Origin: Vairimorpha necatrix
Taxonomy: Eukaryota
Reading direction: 5' to 3'
NCBI GenBank assembly: GCA_036630325.1
Contig: CP142726.1
Span: 496,001-560,000 of the forward strand
DNA length: 64,000 nt
In this document: positions 24,966 to 37,449 of the stretch, piece by piece
Layout of the letters: each line of letters starts with the position of its first letter
How positions within the stretch are numbered: the first letter of the stretch is position 1
The notes under the pieces: generated by a model
Database searches by the model: none
What the model was told of the DNA's origin: nothing
Seen by the model: the letters and a program-made list of their open reading frames with translations, nothing else
Made by a program: the position numbers and the translations under genes

Positions 24966-27397
24966 GTATGCAAGAGTTTTGGAGAGGTTTTTAAGTTAGG
25001 AAAAGAGGAGATAGAAAATTGTAAACTGGAAAAATGTAAAATTAATACTGAAGCGGGTATGAAGGTATTTAAAAAGGGACAAATGGTTCCGCAGGCGTTG
25101 ATAAAAGATACAGAGCTACATCTAGAAGATTTATTAAAAAGGAAAGTGATAAGAGAGTCAAATTCAAGTTGGAAGAATCCTATAAGGTCAATCAGAAAGC
25201 CCAATGGTGAGATAAGACTGGTTAGTAATTTGATGGCATTGAACGATATTGTAGAAAAGGACGAGTATAGATTGTCTAACATAAGAGATGTTGTAAGAGC
25301 TACACAAGGTGCAAAATATATGACGGTTTTCGACTTAAAAGAGGCCTTCTATAGTATTGAGATAGAGGAGGAGGATAAACATAAGACGGCGTTTGATTTT
25401 AATGGCAAGGTTTATGAATGGAACTCTATGGTTATGGGATATAAGAATAGCCCGCAGATATTGCAGAGAATTATGGATAGGATTTTTAGAGATATGAAAG
25501 GCAAAGGAGTAGAGGTGTATATGGATGATATTGTGTTGTACAGCCGAACGATAGGAGAACACGAGCAATTAGTGAAAAGGGTATTAAATAGACTGAAGGA
25601 AAACAATATGAAGCTGAATGCAAATAAAGTTCAGTTTTGTCAAAGGGAAGTTAAATTATTGGGAGTCACTTTAAATGGAGAAGATATAATACCGTCAGAG
25701 ATAAAGAAAAATAAAGCCCTAGAGTTTCCGATACCAACATGCGTGTCAGATGTAAGAAGATTTTTAGGAATGACGGGTTGGTTCAGAGATTTTATTAAGA
25801 ATTACGCTGGATTGACAGTTAGGTTGACAGATAGTTTAAAAGGGAAGAATGATAATTGGAAGTGGACGGATGATATGAAAAACGAGTTTAATAATTTAAA
25901 AGAAGTATTGAAAGGCCTAGGAAAGCTGCAAATAGCAGACTATGATAAAGAGTTTTTGTTGAGGACTGACGCTAGTAATGTAGGCATGGGCGCAGTACTG
26001 TTACAGAAAAATAATCAAGGAGAATGGGTGCCAGTACAGTGGGCGTCTAAGAAGTTTACCGTTACGGAAGTTAATTATGGTATATCAGAAAAAGAAATGT
26101 ACGCAGTTTTTTGGGGCGTTAAAAAGTTTGAATATGAATTAAGAGGTAGGAAATTTAGAATAGAAACTGATCATAAAGCGTTGGGCGAAATAAGAAACAA
26201 GCCCGACTTTAAGAATGCTAGAATTAATAGATGGGTCGAGAAGATTCAGGAATTTGATTTCGTGATAGAATATAGAACTCCAGAAAATATGGTCGTAGCC
26301 GATGCGCTAAGTAGGGTATATACAAAAGAAAAAGATGCAAAGAAAAAGAGAAATGAAACACGCCGTGATAGACAAAAAGAAGGGAAAAGAAATAAGCATG
26401 TAAAAATTGTAGAAGGTAAAGAATACTGGGTATTTGATAGTGGTAGAGAAGGCGAGATGCCTTTGGAACAAGACAGAGAGAGATTAATAATGGATTGTCA
26501 TGTAAATTTGAGCCACAGAAGCAGAACAACGGTATATTATGAGTTGAGGAAACAGTATTATTGGCCAGGAATTAAGGATCAGATCGAAAAGGTCCTTAAG
26601 AATTGCGAGACTTGTCAGATTTTTAATAGAAAAACGAGTGGCGGTACTGATTTAGTGAACACGACAAGATATTTAGAGAAGGTTGGCTTAGATTTAATAG
26701 AATTTAGGGATGAGAAAGCGTTTATTGTTTTGGCAGTTGATTACTTTACAAGGAGATTATGGGGCAGAGTATTGAAGAGCAAGCACGCATCTGGAATTGC
26801 CGAATTTATCAAGGATTTGTGTAAACAGGGTAGAAAACCAGAGGAAATCATTACGGATAATGGTAAAGAGTTTTGCAACGAAAAAGTTACCGAGCTATGT
26901 AGAAATTTGATATTAGTCATAGAAAGGTCAGCGTTGAGTCGCACAGAAGTAATGGAAGAGTAGAAAGAGTTATTAGAACTGTAAGAGATAGTATTTTAAA
27001 GAGCCAAAAAGAGAAATTCGAGAACAAGGTTTATGAAGCTATTGAGAAATATAATTTAAGTTTTCATGCTGGTATTAAGTGCACACCAGTAGAAGCTTTA
27101 ACCGATAATACAGGAAATGTTAGTATGGAGAATAGTCCAGAGGGAAAGTATGCGCAACAGTTCAAAAGTTGGTTTAGAGAAAAGTTCAAAAGGAACCAGA
27201 TAGTTAGGGTTGCCAAGAATGAGAATTTAAAGGGATGTAATAAGTATAGTAAGGGTCGATTTTTAGACATGGGAAGAGTGATTGAGCTATGTCCAGGGGA
27301 TTCATATATAGTGAGATTAGAGAATGGAAGGTTGGTGAAAAAAAGGCATTATGATCTTAAGGGTGTAGTTGATTTAAAGTATGTTGAAGGAGACTAA
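24966..27397 (+). pseudogene. pol: Pol (RT, RNase H, integrase), one frameshift near 26910
   Basis: YMDD, TDAS, ETDHKAL, HHCC, LD...TDNG. After the shift it reads SHRKVSVESHRSNGRVER to the stop at 27397. First ATG is 25059. Confidence 0.93.
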
Positions 27398-27413
27398 CCG
27401 TCTGGAGGGGGGA

Positions 27414-27462
27414 TGTTATAATCAGTAATAATATTAAACCCCAATTATGTTAAGCACTTATA
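27414..27462 (+). repeat. 3' LTR (49 bp)
   Basis: Identical to 24322-24370; preceded by PPT, followed by TSD. Confidence 0.93.
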
Positions 27463-27467
27463 CCTTA

Positions 27468-30400
27468 TTTAAAAAAGGGGGTAAAGAGAGAGCAGGAGGA
27501 AAAAACTGAAAAAATTACAAAACAAACATCTAAAGCAAATATGGACAAAAGACAACAGAAGAGAAAGAACGGAGCCAGAACACACCAGTGTGCCCACTCA
27601 ATCCACTTCTGAGACTCTTGCAGCAGTACTTGTGAGTACTGAGGCGAGTGAAGAAGAGTGGCCTCAAAGAGTATTTCTATCAATTATAAGAGATTTGGTA
27701 GAATGCCAAGAGGGGGGGGGGTGGAATAAAACTACCGAGTTCTTCTGTGAAAATTTTGGGTCTATCATGAGTTCACTAGGATTCAAGGGCAAAGCGAAGA
27801 AAGCGCTCACTAGTAATAGTGGTAGACAAATGACGGCTCGTGAATTCTTAATGAATTCTATTAAAAGAAGAAAAGCCGAAACTGGCTCGAAAGAAGGAAA
27901 TAGTCTCTTCGAAACCGAGCTCTTCCTGAAAGCACAAAAATTGTTCTTGGAGAAACTACGTTGTATTCAGGACACATGTGTGGACCAGGTAGAAAGAACA
28001 AGGAAGATTTCTTCCTTGAAGGGTGATCTGTTGAAACTTGATGCTACAGTCAAGGCGGTAGATAGTCATGTTAGATACCATATCCCTCATAACATGACAG
28101 AGATGGCAAGGATACTGCAAGCTGCACAGATCTGTCTTCAGGAAATGACCAGTAAGAAGCCTAAACTTCGTCTTGGAAAGAAAGTATCTTGAAAAAGATT
28201 ACTGAGATCGAAGACAAGGTGGTGCTTATCAAAAAGCCAGGGCTTTCGATAAACTATCAAATGAGGAAAAGCGTGAAGTCAAGATGTAATGCGTGAACTC
28301 AACATGCTTGCATGTTTGCACCGAGACACTTCTGAAGCTATAGCTATACTCAACGAGAGGAAAGCCATATACTAAAGGAAGCTAGAGGTCGCAGACCGAC
28401 GCGGAGAGCATAGGCGTGAAAATCAAAACTTTGAGCTATATAGAAGCAATTTCTATAGAAAACTCAAGTGTGCCAATAAGGTACTCAAAATGTAAGCAAA
28501 GAAGATATTAGTTCATTCTGGTCTACCATGTGGAATAAGAAAAAACAATTCGAAGACTGCAATAGTTTCGAGGAGTATCTTCTAGAATACATTCCTGATA
28601 GCCAAGATAAGATCACTTTCCCAACCTTCCAAGAATTTGTAGATATTATTAAATATTTACCAAATTGGAAGGCTGCGGGCTGTGATTGAATCTTCAATTT
28701 CTTTATTAAGAAGTGTGAAGCTCTACATTCATTCCTTTACAAGATTGTTAAGGAAGTATGCCTGGATGGAAAGAACTTGAAGCTTGGTTCTACAAGGGGA
28801 TAGCTTATTTAATGCCCAAAGGTACCTCCGCTAGTGGTAATGAATTCGGGCCCATTACTTGTATATCGAACCTCTACAAGCTTACAACGAAATGCACTAT
28901 GAAAGTAATGCAGCTAATTGTAGAAAGTAGAGGACTACTAGCAGAGAACCAACTAGAGACAATTAGACAAGTCCAGGGAGCAAAAGAACAAGCTATGATT
29001 AATATTTCAGTCAATATGGAGCATGGAAACAAGCTGAAGACCATGTGGATAGATTTAAAGAAAGCCTACGACTTATAGACCATTCTTATCTATTAACATG
29101 TATTAGCAAGTTGAATCTCCCTCAATGGATAAGTAAATTCTTAGAAGTCACGGTTAAAAGATGGCACATTGAGATAAAAACAGGATCGGAAACGATACTG
29201 AATAAGAAGATTGGGATCAAGTCCATTATATGCCCAGAAAAAACTTAAGTCCATTATGTGCCCAGAGTTTGTAGTTAAGTCCATTATATGCCCAAATCTT
29301 TATAAATCGATAATTTTAAAGACAAATATCCAAAACGAAAAATATAATGAATAATTTTAATCATGTTTTGCTGCCAACAAAACTGCTAGACTTCCCAACA
29401 AATTTTCTACGAACTCATTCTTAAACATGACCTCTTCCAAAATTCTGGTAATTGGCTTTTCTTTATCCCACACATTGCCTTAATTTTTCCTTTTATTCTG
29501 TTCCATAACGACTCGACTGTCTGTGTGTTAATTCCAGTCTTGGGATTCACAAAATAAAATTTATGGTTGACCATCTCATGATTAAACCCGGAGTATATTT
29601 TGAATTTCAACATAAGCAGCCCCGCTGTCGGAATAAATAGTTGTGCCGGGCATGCATACATCGGTGATTATTGGATATAAAGTATTTCTTGTTCTATTAG
29701 AAAAAATTTTTTAACTGAATCTTGCAGGGCTGATGCTTGTATCAACAATTCCGAATACCCATACCTGCCCACTTAGCCACCTACCGCGATTATATATTGT
29801 TTTGTGTACAAACAGGCTTTCTTCAATTTGGCATATTTTGCCTGAACCACCTAGTCTAAATATGGTTCTCAACAAAATATTTGCCCACAAGAGTTCTTAA
29901 TTTTCAAAATATCTTTTTGATCAATATTTTCTGAATGCAAAAGTCATTAGCTATATCCATAAACTGTTTGTCTGCTGCCCAAAGATAAATGACAGTAAAA
30001 ACATCGATTATGGGCATTCTAAAATCCTTAAAAAAGGAACCGTGTCTAATGCTTAAAGTGATGCTATACTTCGGAAACAACTTATTTTTGCATGTCCAAC
30101 AGCGACCATCTATAGTTTCTTTTGGTCTTTCAACCATTTTCAATCCACAACCGCAACAAGACATTTCATTGAGAAGCATTTCCCCCCCTGTAGGTATTGT
30201 ATGTGCTTCTCTACACTCATTTGTTGGAATATCATATTAGTTTTCGAAGTCAGAAAGTTCTCTTCGACTCATTAAAGGGTTAGCAACTTGCTTTTGAAAA
30301 TTCAAAAAATTGATAAAAAACTTAAGTCCATTATATGACCAGAGTTTTGAGTTAAGTCCATTATATGCCCAAAATTTCTAATCCTGGGCATATAATGGAC

Positions 30401-32225
30401 TTGATCCGAAGATTGAAAGAGGCATATTACAAGGTGATTCCTTGTCGCCGCTTTTGTTTGTACTATGTATGGCCCGTTGAGCGGGAAACTGAATTCAACT
30501 TACCCAAAAGTAGGAATACAGACTCACTAAAGTGTTTATGTAACAAACCATCTTCTATTTATTGATGATCTTAAGCTCCTCGCAGAGAACAATGACGTTT
30601 TAAAACTGATGAATGAAAAAACACAGAAGGTTTTCTAAGCTGTAGGTTTAGAAATGAACAGGAGTAAGTCTGCAACAAACTGTAATGATTGTAGTGAAGA
30701 TGTAGTAGTACTAGAAGGGCATCAAGGATACAAATCCCTAGGAATAACAGAGGATGCCTCTAGTGCTGTCAAAAGAGAGACTTTTGAAAAAGTAAGAAGT
30801 GAGATCCTACAGAGGGTTGAAAAACTGTGCAAGACTCAATTAAATGGTAAGAATATGATTCGAGCTATAAACGAGCATGCAATATCAGTAAAAAACTATC
30901 ATGTAGGATTATTAAAATTAGAACCAATAGATTTCAAAAGTCTCGATTTTGATATCCGACAGGTACTTATCAAGTACCAGGTTCATCTACGGCCAGCCTG
31001 CAAGGAAAGACTATACCTCCTAGGTGCGAAATGGGTAGAGGCCTCATAAGTATCGAAGATAGAGGCGAAAGTATGCTTCTGAATATTTTTAAAACATTAG
31101 ATGGGTCTAGAAATTGCTCACTAAGACGGGCAGTGATACTTAGTAGAGGCAAAAAACAATTTCCTTTTATTTACAATTAACGAGTATCTAAGGATCAGGT
31201 ATAGCTTTGTAGGAGACATAACCCAGAAGATGCTAAAAGAATCCCAAAAAGAAGCGCTTTACAACAAAATTAACATAAGGATAAACCATGGAAAGTTGTT
31301 TAAAGCTAGGGACAATGATTTAGTAAGCATTAGGGACTCTTCTGCCTGGCTAGTTAAAGGAAACAATCAGGCTAGATCCGAAATATCTTCTGTGGATAAG
31401 AGGGACAATGTCCCCATTGTAAATCTCATAGGAAGACCGTGGATAATTTGGATACCAAGTGTGATCGAATGCTGGGTTTTGATTATATGAAAAGACACAC
31501 GAGGTAGTTAGATGCATTCATCTCTTACTATGTATTAAATATGGGTTTAAGAAGACAAAGAAAATACGTGGACACTCAGTACAAGAGATCATGGAAAATG
31601 ATCGTGCAGAAATAAGACCAGAATCGAGAATATCACCTAATATAAAGGTGACTCATAATAAGCCTGATATTCTTGTGTTTGACAAGAAGAAAGAAATTTT
31701 AATAGTTGAAGTTAATATAACCAACCAGGATCGACTTACTATAGTTGAGAATGAAAAACTATGAAAATATGACCTTCTTGCAAATGTACTGGGACTAATA
31801 CATAAATCCAGGACAAGAATAGTTCCTTATGTAATAACATGGGATGGGGGGATCAAATATCACAGAAAGTACATCAGGGAGCTAGAAATCCAACCTTCCT
31901 GGAAGCATATATCTAGTCTATTGTGATGAAGAAGACTCTAACGTTCAACTCTTTGGAACGACGACGAGGAAATGATCAGGAGGATGCAGGAGAAGAAGAA
32001 GTTGTCTGAGCTGTAAGCGCACTAGCGAATATGGCGACTGTTAAAGAAATGGTGTCGGCAAAGAAGAATGAAGCTGAAAAAGTGAAGTTGGAAAACATTA
32101 ATAATTCCACAGAAACCAATGTCTGTGAAGAGCTGAATGCCATGAGCGATACCGTGGAAGGCTGTGCTATGAATATCTAATCTTAATGACAAATTAACTC
32201 AATAAATCTTTTAAAATTTCATCTA
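27468..32225 (+). mobile_element. Near full-length decayed non-LTR retrotransposon with C-terminal restriction-like endonuclease (R4/Dong-like), interrupted by a Merlin
   Basis: LPNWKAAG.D, PITCISNLYK, WIDLKKAYD, RGILQGDSLSP, FIDD, YKSLGI; then CPHC zinc motif, NKPDILVFD and KYDLLAN. Confidence 0.9.
29214..30407 (-). mobile_element. Merlin element inserted in the RT of the R4-like element
   Basis: Perfect 24-bp TIR GGATCAAGTCCATTATATGCCCAG; exact 8-bp TSD GAAGATTG; broken transposase ~30272-29360 (QIEES, VNH..FVNP.TGINTQTVESLW). Confidence 0.95.
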
Positions 32226-32449
32226 AATAAAAATTAGAATGTATAATTTATACAGTTAATATGTTTAATATAGTATTAGTTCGGGTTGGAAGATGGACCT
32301 TTGGATCGGTTCTAAGAGGCAAAAAACCAAGAAAAGTACCAATAAAAGTTATAATGGCAAATAAAAGTAATTCAAAGTGACTGTTTTTAATAACCCTTCT
32401 GAGGTTCTCGATATTTTTTAGATGTATATTCGGATTTACTTTTTACAAC

Positions 32450-34130
32450 GTTGGGAAGTGACAATGAAAAAGGAGAAAAATCCAATATACAGCTTTTAAG
32501 TACATTATTCCATAGTAACACTGTAACTAGTACATATTTCAGCTATAAAAATCGTATTTACATGTTACTTGCCAAAACTATTTTGTTGAATTATCTTATG
32601 TATATTACAATATCGACATCTGTGTTTAAAAGTACAAAAAATTGTACTCTAATATTTATGTCATTGTTCAAAAGTTCTAAAAACATTTCTATACCATATT
32701 ATAAAATCTAAAAAATCATTTCTGCACATCTCTTTGCATTTTCTATCTGCAGAAGTTTATGCATGGGTCCTAACTGCATCATTATAAATTTCATTCAAGA
32801 AAAAAGTTGAGTCATTTAAAGCATATAGGTCTATATTTTCAGAATCATTTGCGTTTAAAACATCTGATAACCTTTCCAATCCTATTTCTTCTTCCTCCCA
32901 TTTTTGTTCATAATTTTCATTATTAATCAAATACATGCTACCACCAATTCTATATGCGTTTATTTGAACTCTGGTGTATACTAAACATAAAATATGCGTT
33001 TTTCTGCCAGTAATGTACGATAAAATGGTTATATGACGTTATAGCTTTATATCGTACTCTGGTTCATCGTCGCAACTGCTTTTGGCCATTGTTTAGAAAC
33101 AAACTTTAATTTTATAGTTTGATTATATTGTTTTATTGGGCTTTGCATTCATGGACATCTTGCTCTCCCCTTACATGTCTTTTTTCGTATTCTTGTTAGA
33201 CCGAATAGTACTTGTTTCACAAATCATTGTCAGAATGTAGAAGCATAAGACAAGGTGTGAACACCAAAAGCTTAGGTTGAAATTCTCTTCGTTATCATCA
33301 CATAAAGCGGTGTAATCGTCCAACAAAGCTTTTGTGTGAATCAATTATATTAAATTACAATTATATTCTTCTTAGTTTATGACACATCAGTTATTCAATC
33401 TAGTCAGTAACATAATCATTTAAATATTTAGCGACAAAAAGAAAAAACCTGGGGGTATTGATGAATTTCTCTTGCATAGTCTTTTGTAGTCATAATTTAA
33501 TAGTCAGATGCCGATACGTTAAAGGCTCGGCTGGAAAAAAATCTTTAGGGCAATAAAGTTTTCTTTGTATAACGTAATCTGAACAACTCTGATCAAGGAG
33601 GTTTCCGCGATAATATTAAATTTGTATAAGGGAAATATGTTGCCTAAAGTCATGAAGTATTGAACATCTAGTGTAGAAACGTACCTTAAGGCCAAAAAAT
33701 ACTTTTTCGTGGCGATTTATCAATAGCATAAGTAACTTTCTGATATGGCTCTGTTAATGTAAAATGAACTTCATACCACATGTTATATAATGACAAATAA
33801 ATGACGAAATTCTGTTCTAATCTTATACGCGTCAAGCAGCTCTCTCAGTTAGTCAATTCGCAACACTAACTTCTTTTGGTTGCCCACAAATATAAATAAC
33901 GAAATTAAACGCTAAACACGATGCCTAAGAATTTCAATGGCCGCGCTTCACCCCAGGCCTATGACGGTTTTAACAATGAAGCAAATTCAAATACATTGAC
34001 AACTACACTGAAAATTCACGAATCTCATAATTGTAGCATCATTGAATGCTTCTTGCTCTGGTATAATTTCAGGTAAACACGCCAGCTAAAATCAGCGTTA
34101 GTGTAAAAAAGATAGAAGTAAATTTTTTAA
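32450..34130 (-). pseudogene. Possible decayed host gene of unknown function
   Basis: Signal-peptide-like FFTLTLILAGVFT near 34100 and protein-like stretches (ENYEQKWEEEEIGLERLSD) broken by stops. No family recognised. Confidence 0.25.
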
Positions 34131-35390
34131 AATTTTACTGTTTTTTGAAAACGATTAGGAATACTAAGCAATGAAGAGATAAAGATTTATGTTTTTGTTA
34201 CTAAACAAGAAGAATAAACCGAAATGTTTTAAAGATGGTGGTATACGGGCAAAGTAAAACTGAAATGCTTTATGTTTATGCCAATTTCCAAAATGCAAAC
34301 ACAGACTTTTCAATTTAAAGTAATTCTTTATTTTTAATAGTGTGATAGGTCATTTATTATGTTAAAAAATATTAACTTGTGGATCTTACAGATTATAGTA
34401 ACTCATATTTCAAGAGTGCTAGCCGTAACAAACAAATTCTAGGCTACTCCTTAAAAAATTTAAAAGGAATATTTGAATAACCCAGGACAAGAGGAGCGGT
34501 TAACCCGTTTGTAATAATAGACAAAAGTAAAATTAATAAAAAAAATAAATACCATAGGAGCAGATTGATCAAAGTTTTTGATTCGAAAATACGATAAGAA
34601 CTATAATTAAAATGATAGTCATCGACATCAAAAAAAAGAAACAAGTATAGGAATTTTCGATTTATTTCAAGCACCTAAAATATAGATCCGTCATTCCTTC
34701 TCATGTAGAAAGTCCTTAATGAACATGACATACTTTTATAGAGATCATAAAATTGCAAAAGCGGGTCAAATATTTCGAAATAAAAAAAAAACAGGAGTAT
34801 ATGCAAACTCCATTTAATTAAAAAAGTGCCTTTAAGGCCCTATCTTAATAGTTTTAGGGCATATTGTCTTAAGATATATATATATATTTGAGTCATAATA
34901 TGATTTAAATAAATGCAGTGAAAAGAGTAAACAACATTAAAAACTTTTTTTTGATTTACTAGTCTCATTTTATATCTTTGCATATCATTCTTACATCAGC
35001 ATTAGAATTTATGGGGGTTCTGATATTTTATCTTCTTTTCCGTTTTTTAAAAAGGGACATTTTTTAACAATTTTGACCAATTCATTTTTTACACTAATGC
35101 TGACTTGGCCCAAAGATTTTTACATACTTAATTTATAACATTGTTAGTTACCTGTAATAAAATCCATATCGCACATGTCATTTATTTACGCTTAAATTTT
35201 AAAGTTCAAAATATAATCAACAAAAGTACTAACAAAAAAAAAGAATAATATAAGATTAAGTAGGAAATGATGATAAATGTTTTGTTTTTTGGTAGGATTT
35301 TATTTTGATTTATAAGTGTCAATAATTTTATTCTTATTTTCCGTCCCCTCTTTTGGAAATGATTTTAAATACTTTTTGTAGCCAATCAAA

Positions 35391-35765
35391 ATCTACAGCA
35401 AGTAGAAAACGATAAGTTAAGAAAGTATGATGTCCTTGCGAACGAACTGGGCCTAATATATGGTTTTAAAACAGAAATAATTCCCTACGTAATCACTTGG
35501 GAAGGTATAGTGACTAAGTTTCACAAATCTTATACCACAAGACTTGAAATCCCTAAGAAGGTAGAAGCGTACATCCAGATGATCACGCTAAAGAAGACGC
35601 TAGAAAGCATTTCTCTGGACTACCGAAGGAGAGGAGACGAAGCCGATGTGGAAAGAACTATGGAGACGAGAAGCCACCTACAAGCAGGAGACGTTAACGC
35701 GGAACCTATCCTTGTTAAACTATAAATATAAACTACAATAAGCATACCCTAATTAAATTCATTTA
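35391..35765 (+). mobile_element. Severely 5'-truncated R4/Dong-like insertion (endonuclease C-terminus and 3' UTR)
   Basis: VENDKLRKYDVLANELG...IPYVITWEG...KKTLESIS; 16-bp TSD TTTGTAGCCAATCAAA (35375-35390 / 35766-35781). Confidence 0.9.
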
Positions 35766-36012
35766 TTTGTAGCCAATCAAATCTGTCCATTTGTAAGAAG
35801 ATGATTGGTCAGTATTTAATCGCCTAGGACACCCCCCTCAATTAATCTTTGACGTATCCTTTTTTATATGACCTTTATTTACCCTAAATTCCCCAAGGCA
35901 TTTTTTATTTCACTAAAAACGCATCTTCGCTTAATATTTTGACGATGGCATAACCGTATCCATTTAGCTTCCAATTTATTGCAGCCTAGGTAATCTCTAA
36001 ATATTAATGTGG

Positions 36013-36181
36013 TATCCACCACTGAGGAAAGTATTTAAAATATTTTTATTATTCATTTTATGCTTCCTTTCCATTATTCCGTACCCCTCTCCAGATAAAA
36101 TATTTAAATAAATGTTGGAGGGAAAACGGGTCGAATTTGGAGGGAAGATTTTAGAAATATATTTTATGATATTTTGTATAT
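36013..36181 (+). repeat. Partial copy of the MITE-like repeat at 54091-54561
   Basis: TATCCACCA.TGAGGAAAGTATTT...CCCCTCTCC.GATAAAATA...GTTGGAGGGAAAA shared with 54091-54260. Confidence 0.85.
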
Positions 36182-36232
36182 TATAATTAAACGTTTTCGC
36201 CAGCCTTAAACTTTTCTCTTATTTCTATTTTC

Positions 36233-37449
36233 GGTTAAATTGCGATGTTACCCCCCCCCCCACACCCCTAAAAAAATAAAAAATGGGGGAAAAAATAAAA
36301 AAGGAATAAAATTGTACCCCTAAAATGAGCATAAAGAATTTTAGAAAATTAATATAAAAAAAAGAGGAATAATTTTTATTTCTTCTTGAAAAAAATATAT
36401 TAATGGTACCAACGTGCAATAAATGCATGACACCCATGACCAAAATTAGAAATAATTTGGACAAATATCGTTGTTTCTTACGACGAAATAGGAGAAAATG
36501 CTCAAACAAAGGTAACATTTACAAAAAAAGCATTTTTAAAAGTTCTAGATTAGATATCGAAAATCTTTTAATTTTGCTGTGTGAATGGGTTAAAGGTGTA
36601 AGCAATGATTCGGATACTATCGAATTGGATATAGATAATAGTACCGTATCTCGCGGGGTTACGCGTTTTAATAACGCTGTATTCTTATCCTATTTCAACT
36701 ACCTTCAAACAAAACCATAGGAGGTTTAAATTACGTAGTTGAAATAGACGAGACATTGCTTGTTAAAGTAAAAACCATAACGGTAGAATCCTTCAATACC
36801 AAGTTTGGGCCGTTGGTGAGGTTGTACGAGGAGACAGCAATTCTTTTTTTTCGAAATTGTTGAAAATCGATCAAGAACTACTCTTGTCGATTTAATAAAA
36901 CGGAAAATCGCACCTGGATCTACAATTATTACTGATTGTTGGCGGGGTCATGAAGGGTTTTCGGAACTATGTCCGGATTATAACTATTTACATTTAACTG
37001 TAAATCATAGCCAAAATTTTGTAAATCCAACAACAGGCGCCCACACCTAAACAATTGAGGGAATGTGGTCTGTAATTAAAAGGGAATTGCGCAAAGAAGG
37101 AACAAGCCATGGTTCTTTAATGAATCTCATTCGAAAACTTTATATAGCTCGTTTTAAATTAATTTATAGAGAATCACTACTTGAAAGAATGTTATGCTTT
37201 TTTGAGATTGATATATATCATTTTTAAATTACGATTTAGCGCCCGAATTTGATTTTGAATTGATTGAATAAATTTTGTTTCCCCTTTTTTTTATTTTTTC
37301 CCCTTTTTTTATTTTTTTCCCCTTTTTTTATTTTTTTCCCCTTTTTTTATTTTTCCCCCTTTTTTTTATTTTTTCCCCTTTTTTTATTTTTTCCCCCTTT
37401 TTTTTATTTTTTTAGGGGTGGGGGGGGGGGGTAACATCGCAATTTAACC
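36233..37449 (+). mobile_element. Merlin element with broken transposase and subterminal tandem repeats
   Basis: TIR GGTTAAATTGCGATGTTACCCCCC; ORF from 36403 (CNKC) then VEIDET, TDCWRGH, VNHSQNFVNP, IEGMW; ~19-bp CCCTTTTTTTATTTTTT units at ~37280-37415. No TSD. Confidence 0.92.

Larger units (their letters stand above)
24322..27462 (+). mobile_element. Compact 3141-bp Ty3/Gypsy retrotransposon with 49-bp LTRs
   Basis: Identical 49-bp direct repeats, 5-bp TSD CCTTA, PBS TGGGGGCG at 24371, PPT GGAGGGGGGA before the 3' LTR, gag-RT-RH-IN order. Confidence 0.95.

Noticed and set aside
29219-29295. Three spaced ~19-bp direct repeats resembling a mini CRISPR array
   Set aside because: They are subterminal copies of the Merlin TIR with ~10-bp spacers; eukaryotic context, no cas genes.
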